Assembly (NCBI GenBank): GCA_965208835.1
Contig: OZ242358.1
Coordinates: 3,360,001 to 3,424,000, forward strand
DNA: 64,000 bases
Source of the DNA: Candidatus Latescibacterota bacterium
GTDB lineage: Bacteria; Latescibacterota; UBA2968; GCA-2709665
Direction of reading: 5' to 3'
The stretch's first letter is position 1, and every line of letters begins with the position of its first letter. Below the pieces are notes generated by a model. It saw only the letters and a program-made list of their open reading frames with translations. It was not told the DNA's origin and did not search any database. Shown piece by piece: positions 10,325-20,358 of this stretch. The position numbers and the translations under genes were made by a program.

Positions 10325-12460
10325 TCAGTCTCCCGCGTCCGCCCACTGGTACACGTGGACCTCCAGCGGCAGGAACAGATCGATGAACTCTCGGGACTCG
10401 CTCTGCGCCATGCGATCCTCGAACAGCACCCTGGGCTGAACTGGTCGGTCGAACCGCCACGTGCCCAGGACCAGGGCCGGTTCCACGTTGACGGCGATCA
10501 GGGTGTGGACGCCGTCGTGCAGCCGCTCGATGAAGTGAATGGCGTCTCCCTCCTGCTCGAGCCGCACGCCTTGTACCTGGGTGCCCGCCGCCAGTATGGG
10601 GGCCAGATGTCGCACCTCGCTGGCGACCTTGAGCACCTCGGTCCATTGCCGCGGATAGATGGCCACGTCGTCGGTGTACTCCGTGCCGGGAATCTCGCCC
10701 CCGGGCGCGTAGAACAGCAGCCCTTTGACACCCCTCGTCAGGGCGAGGTAGTTCATGGACCGAATCTCCTCGCGACTGGGCCGGAAACCCCCTTCGAGGG
10801 TAACGACCTCGCCGCGCTTGCTGTCGAGACGATAGTCGAAGGCCTGGGAGATGAACCAAACATGCTTGCCCTTGCCCTCCACCCGCGCAGCCTCGAAGGC
10901 ATCGTCGAGGACCAACTCGTAGATCGAGGTGATCGAGTCGTCGGGCAGCAGCGGGTTCAGAATTGGGTAGCCGTAAACGAAGTAAGCGTCGCTGAGTCTC
11001 CCACCCCATGTGAGCATGAAGATGACCGGGTGGTCCGTGTCGTGCTGCCGGATGAGCTCGTAGGTCTCGGTCGCCAGGGGAGACTGGTTGTCGCTGGCGT
11101 ACTCGTTCCACCACCCCAGCATGGCCGGGTGGTCCTTCGCCTGCTGCACCACCTCCGTGAGTTGCCCGGGCTCGCCTCTGCCCAGGGCCAGCGAGGCGTA
11201 GTACACGTGCACCAGCCCCTTCATCCCGAGATCCAGCAGATCGTCCAGCATCTCCCCGGCGCCTTCGCCGATCAGCTTGTAGTTGATCCCGGCCTCGGCC
11301 GCCTGGGCGATATAGGGCATCCTGCTCGTGGGTGAGACGTTCGACGAGTAGATTCCCACCGGAAAAAAGGGCTCGCCGTTGACGCGAAACACGTCCCCGT
11401 CGAAACGCGACTCCAATGAAACCGGCTCGTTGACGCCGAAGCGCCAGCGCAGTCGATTGCCGGCGTTGCCGGCGCGGTCGTTGACGACCACCTCCACCTG
11501 GTGGATGCCGTCCTCCAGGGCTCCGATCTCCGAGAAGGTGAATCCGCCCTCCGCTACGGCGGCGCCGGCGGTGACGTCCTCGCCGTCCAGCAGGACCCGC
11601 ACGGAGGCGACGTCGATGCCCGAGCCCTCGTCATCGAAGACAGCCGATATAACCGGCGAACCGTCGACCCTCGTGTCCGGCGCGGGGCTGGGGAGCACGA
11701 GCGCCGGCGGCCTGGTGTCCCTCTCCACCACCGGCGTGGTCTGCGCCATCAGGCGATCCCGCATCGATATCCTCAGGTCCTTTTCCGCCACGTATTGAGT
11801 GACGATCTCCCGGTCTGACAGGGCGCGGTTGTACACCCGGACGTCGTCGATCTGACCCGTGAAGTGGCCGCCCAGGCCGGAGCCGTAGAAGCTGGCGCCG
11901 ATGTACATCGGCGCCTCCAGGGTGCCGGTCGCGAAGGGCTCACCGTACCGCCCTCTCAGGCCGCCGTTCACGTAAACCCTGATCCCGTCGCCGTCGTACC
12001 TGCCGGCCAGGTGAAACCAGCTGTCCTGCCGGACGCCTCCGCCGGCGGCGCTCTTGCCGTGCTCGGGACACTCCACCAGGGAGAACCGGACCGCGTTCTG
12101 GCCGAGGCTGAGCCGGTAGTTCTGGCGCAGCGTACTGCAGCCGTTCTTCGACAGTACGGTCTGCCCGGATCTGACGGACGTGTTCACCCAGCAGGTCACC
12201 GTGACCGCATCGGAGAGTCTCAGCATCTCCGAGTCCGGGATCTCCACGTAGTCATCCACCCCGTCGAAGCGGAGGGCGTAGCCCTGATCCAGTTCCACGT
12301 ACTCGGCCCCGTGAATGGCGCCCTGGAGGCCGTGGCCCGAGGCATCGCCGGCCACGGAGCCGGCCCCCTCATCGAACATGTAGTGCGCCACGAGGCCCTC
12401 CTCCGCCGCCGCGGCGCCGACGGCGAGGGAGAGGAGGATCAGCCCTATCTTCGTTCCCAT
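10325..12460 (-). CDS. secreted LamG-domain protein with Ig-like and glycoside-hydrolase-like domains
   Basis: Signal peptide; LamG motifs FDGVDDYV and FTGQIDDVRVYNRALS; C-terminal NGEPFFPVGIY...DHPAMLGW..NE region. Confidence 0.75.
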   Translation of the reverse strand: MGTKIGLILLSLAVGAAAAEEGLVAHYMFDEGAGSVAGDASGHGLQGAIHGAEYVELDQGYALRFDGVDDYVEIPDSEMLRLSDAVTVTCWVNTSVRSGQTVLSKNGCSTLRQNYRLSLGQNAVRFSLVECPEHGKSAAGGGVRQDSWFHLAGRYDGDGIRVYVNGGLRGRYGEPFATGTLEAPMYIGASFYGSGLGGHFTGQIDDVRVYNRALSDREIVTQYVAEKDLRISMRDRLMAQTTPVVERDTRPPALVLPSPAPDTRVDGSPVISAVFDDEGSGIDVASVRVLLDGEDVTAGAAVAEGGFTFSEIGALEDGIHQVEVVVNDRAGNAGNRLRWRFGVNEPVSLESRFDGDVFRVNGEPFFPVGIYSSNVSPTSRMPYIAQAAEAGINYKLIGEGAGEMLDDLLDLGMKGLVHVYYASLALGRGEPGQLTEVVQQAKDHPAMLGWWNEYASDNQSPLATETYELIRQHDTDHPVIFMLTWGGRLSDAYFVYGYPILNPLLPDDSITSIYELVLDDAFEAARVEGKGKHVWFISQAFDYRLDSKRGEVVTLEGGFRPSREEIRSMNYLALTRGVKGLLFYAPGGEIPGTEYTDDVAIYPRQWTEVLKVASEVRHLAPILAAGTQVQGVRLEQEGDAIHFIERLHDGVHTLIAVNVEPALVLGTWRFDRPVQPRVLFEDRMAQSESREFIDLFLPLEVHVYQWADAGD

Positions 12461-12687
12461 ATTGACACTCGTATCTCCGAAAGGTCTGACTTGCGTTCCG
12501 CAGAACGTCCGGGCTGTTTCTGCTCCGTCCAACGCAGCGGGGCTTACGTCGCACGACGTAAGCCCCGTTCGTTTCACCTCCTCGATGAGGTCCAACCCAC
12601 GCCACCTTCACCGGCCTTACCCCTTCCGGCACGCCATCACCCGGAAGGTCGAGGAGAAGGGCAGTGTCGACCTGCGCCCGTTTCGGT

Positions 12688-13740
12688 CTATAGCAGATGG
12701 TCCAGAATGAGATTGGTCGATTCAACGATGCGTTGATCGCGAGGCCGCAGATCCGGCTCGAATGCCTCGCTCGTTAGATGCTGCAGACCCTGAATGTAGC
12801 GGACAGCGATTTCTCCCGCCTGCTCTTCCGTGAACTGCTGGTCCTTCTCCGTAACCATTCCTCGCGCGAATTCCTTCGAAAACGAAACCGGTTTGCCATT
12901 CCGCGTCAGCGGCTGTCCGCCGCCGTCCATACGCCAGAAGCGGCTCGAGTCCATCGTGTACAATTCGTCTGCCGCCACGATCCGACCTTCTGTGTTGACC
13001 CCGTGTTCCGTCTTCGTGTCCACGAGGATCATTCCGCGCTCGGCGAGATACTGGGAGACCATCCCGAAAGCCATGATGGATGCGTTGCGGAGCTCGTTGT
13101 ATTGGCCGGGCGTGCAGACATTGTTGTCAAAGAGATACTGTGGATCGATCGTACGATCCACCTTGTCCTTGGTGCTCGGCGTATCCATCAGGTATGGCAG
13201 CACGCCATTGGCGGACAACTGATCCACGTCGATCTGATGGCCCGCATAGTCGAGCGTCGCCTCACCCGCCTCCCTGGCCTGCAGCCAGTGTTGAAAGAGG
13301 GACGTCGAGGTGCTGCTCTCGGCGTTATACATCCGAAGGACGTTCTCCACCATGATCAGCTTCAGATTCTCTGACGGAATCACCGTCGAACTGGCCTGAA
13401 GACCAGGCACCTTGAACTGAGAACTGCCCAATACGTGTTCCACCAGACGCAACATGTGGTCATGATTGGCAGCCAGCACCTGATCTTTGAACGGGATGGC
13501 CCCGCGATTCACATCGTGCGTCGATATCCGGTTGTTCCGGAACATCAGCCGGATCGGCTGGCCTTCGTTGGTCGCGAGGTTCTCGCCAAACACCGAGTCC
13601 GATACCTTCCCCTCCAGGATGGTGCAGCCATCGAGTCGCGGAAGATCACCATCGGCGATAATCTGCTTGATCGGACGCCCCTCATTGACGCGTGCCCCGC
13701 TGTCGGCCACCAGTTCTCTGATCTGGGATTCATTTAGCAT
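12688..13740 (-). CDS. purC: SAICAR synthetase (long form)
   Basis: GKV, RISTHD, IPFKDQVL, LVDTKTEHG, DELYTMDSSRFW, SKEFAR. Confidence 0.85.
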   Translation of the reverse strand: MLNESQIRELVADSGARVNEGRPIKQIIADGDLPRLDGCTILEGKVSDSVFGENLATNEGQPIRLMFRNNRISTHDVNRGAIPFKDQVLAANHDHMLRLVEHVLGSSQFKVPGLQASSTVIPSENLKLIMVENVLRMYNAESSTSTSLFQHWLQAREAGEATLDYAGHQIDVDQLSANGVLPYLMDTPSTKDKVDRTIDPQYLFDNNVCTPGQYNELRNASIMAFGMVSQYLAERGMILVDTKTEHGVNTEGRIVAADELYTMDSSRFWRMDGGGQPLTRNGKPVSFSKEFARGMVTEKDQQFTEEQAGEIAVRYIQGLQHLTSEAFEPDLRPRDQRIVESTNLILDHLL

Positions 13741-13969
13741 GGGTATGGTCCTGTTCAGGTGAAGGCCTCTGGGGGGAAACACTCAAGGGAACAGCGATCG
13801 TCGTAGAGGCTGGCTTTCGGAAGTGGATCGTCGTCAGGTCGGGGATACCATGTGGGGGGAGTACATGGGCGTAGCAAAAACCAGTCGGCTTGTTACTGTG
13901 TTTAAGATACATTGTGTGTCCGCTCAGAGCAAGGAAAACCGGCTCGGATCCTCCCGGATATACATTGAT

Positions 13970-14929
13970 CTACCCCGCAAACTCAGTCCTCAACAGCGGT
14001 TGAACACGATACCTCCATTGGCTCTCAATCAAGGAATGGTCTGGTGATTTTGCGGCTGCTTCCAGGATATTCGCAGCTGCTCGACTGGCCATGAGGGTAG
14101 GTATGTACGCTTCCAAGTCCCTGCTGAGTGAACGAACTTCACGATACCCGTTCAAAAACGCATCAGACCTCTCCTGGAAATCGGGACGACCGTAGGGGCC
14201 GGCCAGGATAACAGCGATGTCATACAGATAGTAGCCGAATCCGCAGTCGCCGAAATCAATCGCGATGGCGTGATCCGGTCGAAAGAGGACATTTCCGAAA
14301 CTGAGGTCTGCGTGAATGAGGCCGAACGTCTCTGTGTCGTCGCCCATCTGGTGTTCCGCTTCTGTTAGCCGACCATAGACCGTTTCCAGATCGCGGCGAA
14401 CAGGAGCCGGTCCAATCTCATCTAAAGGAAACTTCGAACGGGATCCGATAAGTCCCTCAGCGTCATACGTGGGTCGATCAAAACCCGTGGGTAGGGACCA
14501 AGCTTCAGAGTGATTGTGCAACTCACCCGCAACGCGGCCAAGCAATTCGAAGTGCCGAGGCGATCGGTGGTCCTGATCCAGGATGCGTCCGCTGAGCCAG
14601 GAAGTAACGGATACCGGGAATGGTCCGGGTACGCCTGGAACATCTGTCACGATAACTCTTTTGCCGTCAGGCGATTTATAGGGCCGTGGAACGGAGAGCG
14701 TGGTATCGTGGCAGAGAGCCTCCAGCCAATCCAATTCCGATTCAATTATCCGGGGCGCCTTCTTGTCACGGTGAATCCGCACTCGATACTCGCCTGAATC
14801 GCAGGTCCACTTCAACTTGCGACAACGGCATTTTCCGAAACCCAGTTCGCGGAGCGCGGCTTCTTCCACCTTGCGTAACCGGCGGATTCGTCCCTGGTGA
14901 GTTAGCTCGTCGAAGCTCCGTATGGCCAT
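13970..14929 (-). CDS. APH/homoserine kinase type II-like phosphotransferase
   Basis: LIHADLSFGNVL, IDFGDCGFGYYLYD, SELDWL. Confidence 0.85.
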   Translation of the reverse strand: MAIRSFDELTHQGRIRRLRKVEEAALRELGFGKCRCRKLKWTCDSGEYRVRIHRDKKAPRIIESELDWLEALCHDTTLSVPRPYKSPDGKRVIVTDVPGVPGPFPVSVTSWLSGRILDQDHRSPRHFELLGRVAGELHNHSEAWSLPTGFDRPTYDAEGLIGSRSKFPLDEIGPAPVRRDLETVYGRLTEAEHQMGDDTETFGLIHADLSFGNVLFRPDHAIAIDFGDCGFGYYLYDIAVILAGPYGRPDFQERSDAFLNGYREVRSLSRDLEAYIPTLMASRAAANILEAAAKSPDHSLIESQWRYRVQPLLRTEFAG

Positions 14930-14955
14930 TCCGACCTCCACAAATGCACCGTCAA

Positions 14956-15075
14956 CATCCGTTGAAGACAGACCGCAAGGGACAACACGCTATCGCCATC
15001 AACGAACAATGGCGCATCTGTTTTCGGTTTGTCGACGGGGACGCTTACGACGTTGAAATCACGGACTATCACTGA
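14956..15075 (+). pseudogene. higB: 3' half of HigB toxin
   Basis: HPLKTDRKGQHAIAINEQWRICFRF...VEITDYH matches a HigB C-terminus; N-terminal half absent. Confidence 0.85.
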
Positions 15076-15087
15076 AAGGAACATTCC

Positions 15088-15402
15088 ATGGCCATCACAA
15101 ATACACAAGAACGCGCCATCCCGCCGACTCATCCAGGTGAGATGCTGCGTGAGGATTTCCTGCCGGAATATGCGCAAACAGTGACGTCCCTGGCGGCGGC
15201 ATTGGGTGTATCCCGTCAGACGATAAATGAGCTTCTGCGGGAGCGGCGCGCCATCTCACCCATCATGGCATTGAAACTTGCCCGCTTGTTCGGGAACTCT
15301 CCAGAATTTTGGATGAGGGCCCAACACAAAAGAGATCTTTGGGAATCAGAGCAGCGACATCAAGGCGAACTGGCGAATATCGCACCGCTCGCGATTACGT
15401 AG
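15088..15402 (+). CDS. higA: HigA antitoxin (XRE HTH)
   Basis: PTHPGEMLREDFL, ALKLARLFGNSPEFW; directly follows higB. Confidence 0.92.
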   Translation: MAITNTQERAIPPTHPGEMLREDFLPEYAQTVTSLAAALGVSRQTINELLRERRAISPIMALKLARLFGNSPEFWMRAQHKRDLWESEQRHQGELANIAPLAIT

Positions 15403-15439
15403 ACGACGTTTCCCTGCGCAAAACCCTTCCCCCTTTTTC

Positions 15440-15522
15440 TCGTAACGTCTTCCGCGCCCCCGAACCGCGCTACGGTTGGGCAAGGAGCCGAATGGCCGGA
15501 TCCGCAGCCCGACGTGTTATTT
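15440..15522 (-). other. attC-like site
   Basis: AAATAAC ... GTTACGA on the minus strand; shares gccggatccgcagcYcgacgt with the site at 6012-6108. Confidence 0.55.
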
Positions 15523-15645
15523 GATTTGCCAGCCGGGGTGGTGTGGGGTTCTCAGCGCCCGGCATCAGACCGTGGTCTTAACAAGCACACCTGGGTAGCT
15601 CGAGTCCCAGGAATTCGAAGATCTCCCTGGCGGCAGCACGATTCA
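15523..15645 (-). pseudogene. 3' remnant of a sulfotransferase duplicate
   Basis: Matches ~6109-6175 and then ~6320-6376, implying an internal deletion. Confidence 0.75.
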
Positions 15646-15661
15646 TCCCAGATTGTGTCTT

Positions 15662-17950
15662 TTATTGAGTCGCTCCGTGGGCAAGTAGCAGAGCGCGGAT
15701 CTTCTCCGCCTCTGCTCTGGTCCACCCGTCTTCCCTGAACCACCCACTCATCTTCAGGGGGGTGTAGCCGTATTGCGCCTTTAAATTGACCTTGGCCCTT
15801 CGGGCGACCAGCATTTCAACGGCGTTCACCGACTGTCTGCCGACCGCTTCATGCAAGGCGGTCCAACCATCGGGTCGCTGTGCGTCGACGTTGGCCCCTC
15901 GATCCAGCAACAATTCCAAGACCGCCACCTGGTCATTTGCGGCCGCGGCGATGAGCGGCTCAGCGCTCTGGAGGAGCACGGGATCCGCGGCCAGGAGCAC
16001 CTCGACTTGCTCCACGCGTCCCAAGGCCGCTGCCGCGACTACAGTCCAAGGCGCGCCGCCCTCGACCAGGGCATCGGCGACGGCGTGCTGGCCGTTGTAG
16101 GCAACTTGACGCAACAGATCTACTTGGGTGAGTTCTTGATCCATCAGCGCTGGTTCCTCCTGCAGCAACTGGCGCACCGTGTCAGCGTCGCCGTCGATGA
16201 CCGCATTGATGAAGTCAGCCCGATAGCGGAGAATCCGGGCGCGCTCGGCCGCAGGCCGGTGCTGAAGGTCGATAAACTCCTGGATCAGCCGGGCGGTACC
16301 AGGATGCTTGCGCCGGGCTCGAGAGAGAGGCGTTGTTTCCTTTGCATCCGGACTCCCCAATTTGCAGGCCGCTTCTACATCGGCCCCATGCGTGGCGAGG
16401 AGCTCTACGATGAGGGATAGGCCTTTCTCCGCGGCGTGCGCCAGGGCCTTGCGGCTGCCCCGCGTGTGCATGGCGGCGCCTCGATCCATCAGCAGCTTGG
16501 TTGCGACTAGATCGCCCTGATTGGCAGGCCAGCCCAGCGCGAACCATGGGTTGTCCGGGTTGTTCTCAGAGGGGCTGTCCTGGTTGGGATCAGCGCCGGC
16601 ATCCAGTAGTATGGTAGCCGCAGATAGGGTGCCAAAGCGAAGGGCATGGGTGAGTGGATACGCCCACGCGGTATCCTTGGGGTCCGGGTCGGCGCCGGCG
16701 TCGAGCAGGCACCGCACCAATTCATCGTTGTGCGACCGAATGGCCAGCAAGAGTGGACTACTGTCACAGTATTCATCGGGTCGCCGAATCTCCAGCTCTA
16801 CCTGCTGCTCAAGCAGCAACTCAATGATGGGGATCGAGCCCGAGCGCACTGCCCACATTATGGGGGCCGGTCCCTTGCCTACCGGATGGGCGAGTGTCGG
16901 ATCGTCGCGCAGCAAGGCGGCGACCTGCGCTTCGTCCCTATTCGCAATGGCGCCGAAGATATCGTTGGGCACGCCGCACTGGAGCAGTTCCTGCACAGCT
17001 TTTTCGTTGTCGGCTTCTCGGGCGGCCATCAGGGCCGTGTAGCCGCGCCCGTCCTTGGCTTGCACATCGGCGCCCCGGCGCAACAGCAGCTTGAAGATCC
17101 CCTGCTTGCCGGCGGCTAAGTGCAACGGCCAATCTCCGCTGGGCAACGGTTGGTTGACCCTAGCCGGGTCCGCATCGAGTAACGCGCGGGTTTCTTTCAG
17201 CATCCCCACTTTGATGGTATGCTCCAGGCCATAGGCGGCACCGGCCTCGATCAATGCCGCAACGATGTTTCGGTGACCGTGCTCGGCGGCCTCATCGATG
17301 GGCCGACGCTGATCTATGGCATTCTCCTGGTCGGGATTGGCCCCGACGTCCAGGAGCAGTCGGATCATCTCTAGCTGCCCCAGCCAGGCGGCCTTTTCCA
17401 AGGCCGAACTCCCGGCACTGTCGCCGATCCCGCCGTTGGCGTCGATATCAGCGCCGGCCTCGACCAGCCGACGAACAACCTGCAGGTGGTCCGGTGTCGG
17501 CCGCCCTACGGGAATGGCGTGATGCAGCAAGTTATCGGTCTCGGGGCCGTCGCCCTTGACGCGGACGTGGGCCAAGCCTGGGTTCTTTTGCAAGAGGGCG
17601 TCTACGGTCTCGGCGTCACCGGCTTTGACGGCCCTGCAGAGGGTTTCAACTTCCTCAGAATTTCCCACCTCTTCAGTCGGACTGCCCGCTTGTGCCAACG
17701 CTTCGACGTGGCGTTTGAGGTCCGTCCATTCCTCGAAGCCATAGTCATGGGCAATGGCGCGTCGAGTATCCTTGAGGGCAAGTTTGGCCTGGAAGATTTC
17801 GTGATCCGACAAACCAGCCAGCTCGGGAAGCGCCCGTCGGAGCCGATTGGCCGCCTCAGAATCTCTGGCCTGGTGGGCATTGAGCAACGCCTTGGCCTGG
17901 TTTCTGAGGTGCTTGAAGTTGGGATTGGGGGATAAAGCAGAGGTAGACAT
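15662..17950 (-). CDS. ankyrin-repeat protein with an N-terminal PNxxHLRxQAKxLL helical domain
   Basis: Many ankyrin repeats (GWTALHEAV, GYTALMAA, LLxxGADxD). Confidence 0.92.
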   Translation of the reverse strand: MSTSALSPNPNFKHLRNQAKALLNAHQARDSEAANRLRRALPELAGLSDHEIFQAKLALKDTRRAIAHDYGFEEWTDLKRHVEALAQAGSPTEEVGNSEEVETLCRAVKAGDAETVDALLQKNPGLAHVRVKGDGPETDNLLHHAIPVGRPTPDHLQVVRRLVEAGADIDANGGIGDSAGSSALEKAAWLGQLEMIRLLLDVGANPDQENAIDQRRPIDEAAEHGHRNIVAALIEAGAAYGLEHTIKVGMLKETRALLDADPARVNQPLPSGDWPLHLAAGKQGIFKLLLRRGADVQAKDGRGYTALMAAREADNEKAVQELLQCGVPNDIFGAIANRDEAQVAALLRDDPTLAHPVGKGPAPIMWAVRSGSIPIIELLLEQQVELEIRRPDEYCDSSPLLLAIRSHNDELVRCLLDAGADPDPKDTAWAYPLTHALRFGTLSAATILLDAGADPNQDSPSENNPDNPWFALGWPANQGDLVATKLLMDRGAAMHTRGSRKALAHAAEKGLSLIVELLATHGADVEAACKLGSPDAKETTPLSRARRKHPGTARLIQEFIDLQHRPAAERARILRYRADFINAVIDGDADTVRQLLQEEPALMDQELTQVDLLRQVAYNGQHAVADALVEGGAPWTVVAAAALGRVEQVEVLLAADPVLLQSAEPLIAAAANDQVAVLELLLDRGANVDAQRPDGWTALHEAVGRQSVNAVEMLVARRAKVNLKAQYGYTPLKMSGWFREDGWTRAEAEKIRALLLAHGATQ

Positions 17951-18075
17951 AAGACACTCTTTCGTAGGGCCTGAGGTCCGCGTGCATCATGCAGTAAGAG
18001 TGATGGGCCTGCTTGGGCAGTTCGCTGTGCAACAGAGGCAACCTAAGGTCTTCTCGCGGACTCGGGGGCTCCCTC

Positions 18076-18116
18076 AGTGCATCCACTTCCTGGGTACTCT
18101 GAATCCGCTTCATCAC
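18076..18116 (-). pseudogene. 5' remnant of a sulfotransferase duplicate
   Basis: MKRIQSTQEVDAL versus MKKRIQSTQEIDAL of the intact gene. Confidence 0.7.
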
Positions 18117-18148
18117 CAACTACGCCGTTCAACTGAGAAGGATGCCAG

Positions 18149-18898
18149 ATGTCCGAGGAAGATCAGAGGAGTCAAGTAGAAGCCCGATGGGAACAAATCG
18201 GCAAGGAAGTCTCAAGAGCACCTGGGTACACAAATGAGATGGAAGACCTGCACGATTTCTTCGACATGGCTGCTGATATATGGGACGAGAAATTCGGACC
18301 CGGTTCAGCCCAAGTCTATGTCGAAATGGCTGGTCAGATTTCCCCCACGGAAGGGCAAATTCGAATCCTTGATCTCGGGTGTGGGACTGGCTTGGAGCTG
18401 GACCAGGTATTCCTGAGAGCACCAGACGCAAGCATCACCGGCATCGATCTTGCCGCCGGGATGCTTAATCGCCTTAGAGAGAAATATCGCTCAAGGGCCG
18501 ATCAGATCCAGCTAATCGAAGGGAACTACCTTGATGTTCCATTCGGAGAAGGCGAATACGACTACGCAATATCGAGTCTCACGACACATCACCTGCCGCC
18601 GGAAAACAAGGTCATTGTGTATCGTAAGATATTCAAAGCCTTGAAGCCGTGTGGATCCTATATCGAGGGCGATCAAACAACCTCGCAAGAAGGTGAGCGA
18701 GATGGCCTTGGTCGATTCCGACGTGAGGTTGCCAGACTTCCAGAGGCTGATCGTGCTCGATGGAACTATGACATCACACTTAGCCCAGACACCAACATGC
18801 GCTTGCTCAGGGAAGCCGGTTTCAAAGTGGTGAACCTGATACGAGACGATAAACCTGGTAGGTGTGCAGTGATCGCGGCCAGGAAGACAGCCGACTGA
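18149..18898 (+). CDS. class I SAM-dependent methyltransferase
   Basis: ILDLGCGTG, GIDLAAGML, SSLTTHHL. Confidence 0.9.
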   Translation: MSEEDQRSQVEARWEQIGKEVSRAPGYTNEMEDLHDFFDMAADIWDEKFGPGSAQVYVEMAGQISPTEGQIRILDLGCGTGLELDQVFLRAPDASITGIDLAAGMLNRLREKYRSRADQIQLIEGNYLDVPFGEGEYDYAISSLTTHHLPPENKVIVYRKIFKALKPCGSYIEGDQTTSQEGERDGLGRFRREVARLPEADRARWNYDITLSPDTNMRLLREAGFKVVNLIRDDKPGRCAVIAARKTAD

Positions 18899-19068
18899 AG
18901 TGAATTGCCTCCAATGATCGCTCAGGGCTCTTTGGGCCGAGCGTAGCGAGCCGGGGGCCATGTGTTACACGATTGCGGCGGCGCCCCCTTCACGGCGAAG
19001 CCTTTAGCGGAGCGGAAGGACAGTGTACGCCATCGATAATCGATTTCTCCCCCTTCTTACGTTTCAGC

Positions 19069-19758
19069 TCAACTCTTCGCACCTTTATGCAGTACGTAAT
19101 TCCATTTCTCCTTAAGGAATAAAACAACATTGGCCTGTTTTTTATAGGGCTCCACAAATTGCTTGTATTTCTCAAACTCTGAATCGGCATGGGCTCTTGA
19201 AAACTCGATTGTCTGGTGTCTCTTAGTGATGTCTGCTTGATGTCTTATTTGTTTTAGCTGGTCATCGCTGGTGCATATAAAAACGGAGAAGTCCAAATAT
19301 GGAGTCAATTGTTCATTCATTGAGTGCAAACCATCGACAATGAGAATGGGGCTTGGGGCGATGACATCTTTGCTCGTCGCTTTTTCCCCAATAGAATGCT
19401 CATAAGGGTAATATTCTATAGACTGGCCTTTTTTGAACCGCTTTAAGTCATTTTTCACCAGGGGTAAATCATGTGACCCTGGCTGATAGCCACTAATTCC
19501 TCCATTAATTCTATCGGTCCTTTTCATCAAATATGAATCAAGAGTCAGGTGGTTTGCTTCGATACCCTTCTGTTTAAGTTTGAAGACCAATTGTATAGAT
19601 AAATTTGTTTTGCCCAAGTCGGCTGCGCCACATATGGCAACAAGAACTCGATCATCTCTTCGTTTTAGAGACGCGATTGTATTCGCTACTTCCTTTAGTA
19701 TTTCCATCGATAATTGTGTCCCACGATAAAACATACCTTGCGACTCTGCAGAGAACAT
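19069..19758 (-). CDS. uridine kinase/phosphoribulokinase-like P-loop protein
   Basis: AICGAADLGKT, LTLDSY, LIVDGLH, FVEPYKKQA; AT-rich. Confidence 0.75.
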   Translation of the reverse strand: MFSAESQGMFYRGTQLSMEILKEVANTIASLKRRDDRVLVAICGAADLGKTNLSIQLVFKLKQKGIEANHLTLDSYLMKRTDRINGGISGYQPGSHDLPLVKNDLKRFKKGQSIEYYPYEHSIGEKATSKDVIAPSPILIVDGLHSMNEQLTPYLDFSVFICTSDDQLKQIRHQADITKRHQTIEFSRAHADSEFEKYKQFVEPYKKQANVVLFLKEKWNYVLHKGAKS

Positions 19759-19839
19759 CCGGGATATCTCAGTCGGGGTAAAACAAATTCAGCCGCAGGA
19801 TCACTCATCCGTTGTCGGTGGAGTAATTTCTGCTTTTAG

Positions 19840-20030
19840 CCTCAATCCGAAAAAAACAGCAACGCGGCGACGCGATAAAACCCTCCGAAACGGGACAATA
19901 TCGACGTATAGAATGACGTTTTTTCCCTTCACGTCCAGTGACCTGGTGTATCCTGGTAATCCGCCGTTTAATCGCCTTTATTTACAAGCACATATTTGAA
20001 TTAACGTCCCCGAAGACTTACGAATCAAGG
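19840..20030. mobile_element. MITE family A, copy 2
   Basis: Flanked by a TTAG direct repeat on both sides. Confidence 0.85.
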
Positions 20031-20198
20031 TTAGGTTTCGTGCACGGTTTGTCGGGGTGGTGTTGGCGGGTTTTGCTTTTGCGCCGCTTTCGCCTGGCGT
20101 TTTCGCCGTGCCCGAACCGCGAAGCGCTTGCGCGAAGGCGCGTCAGCGCCCAAGCCGGGGACGGACATGTCATGTAAAGTGCGCTATTTCCCTCTTAG

Positions 20199-20358
20199 CA
20201 GTCCGTTGATAAAGTCGCTCTGCAGGCGAGGCCGAGCCATTGTGGCCGAAGACAAGGCGCGCGACCGAGTCCCATCCTGCGATTCGGCGAGGGAGCGCAA
20301 CGCAGTATTTCGACCGCAAGGGCCGGCCGTAGCCCGGATGGACTTTTCCAACGGGCTG
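20199..20358. mobile_element. MITE family B, copy 1 (160 bp)
   Basis: TIRs CAGTCCGTTGATAAAGTC / GACTTTTCCAACGGGCTG; TTAG duplication overlaps the APH stop codon. Confidence 0.85.
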
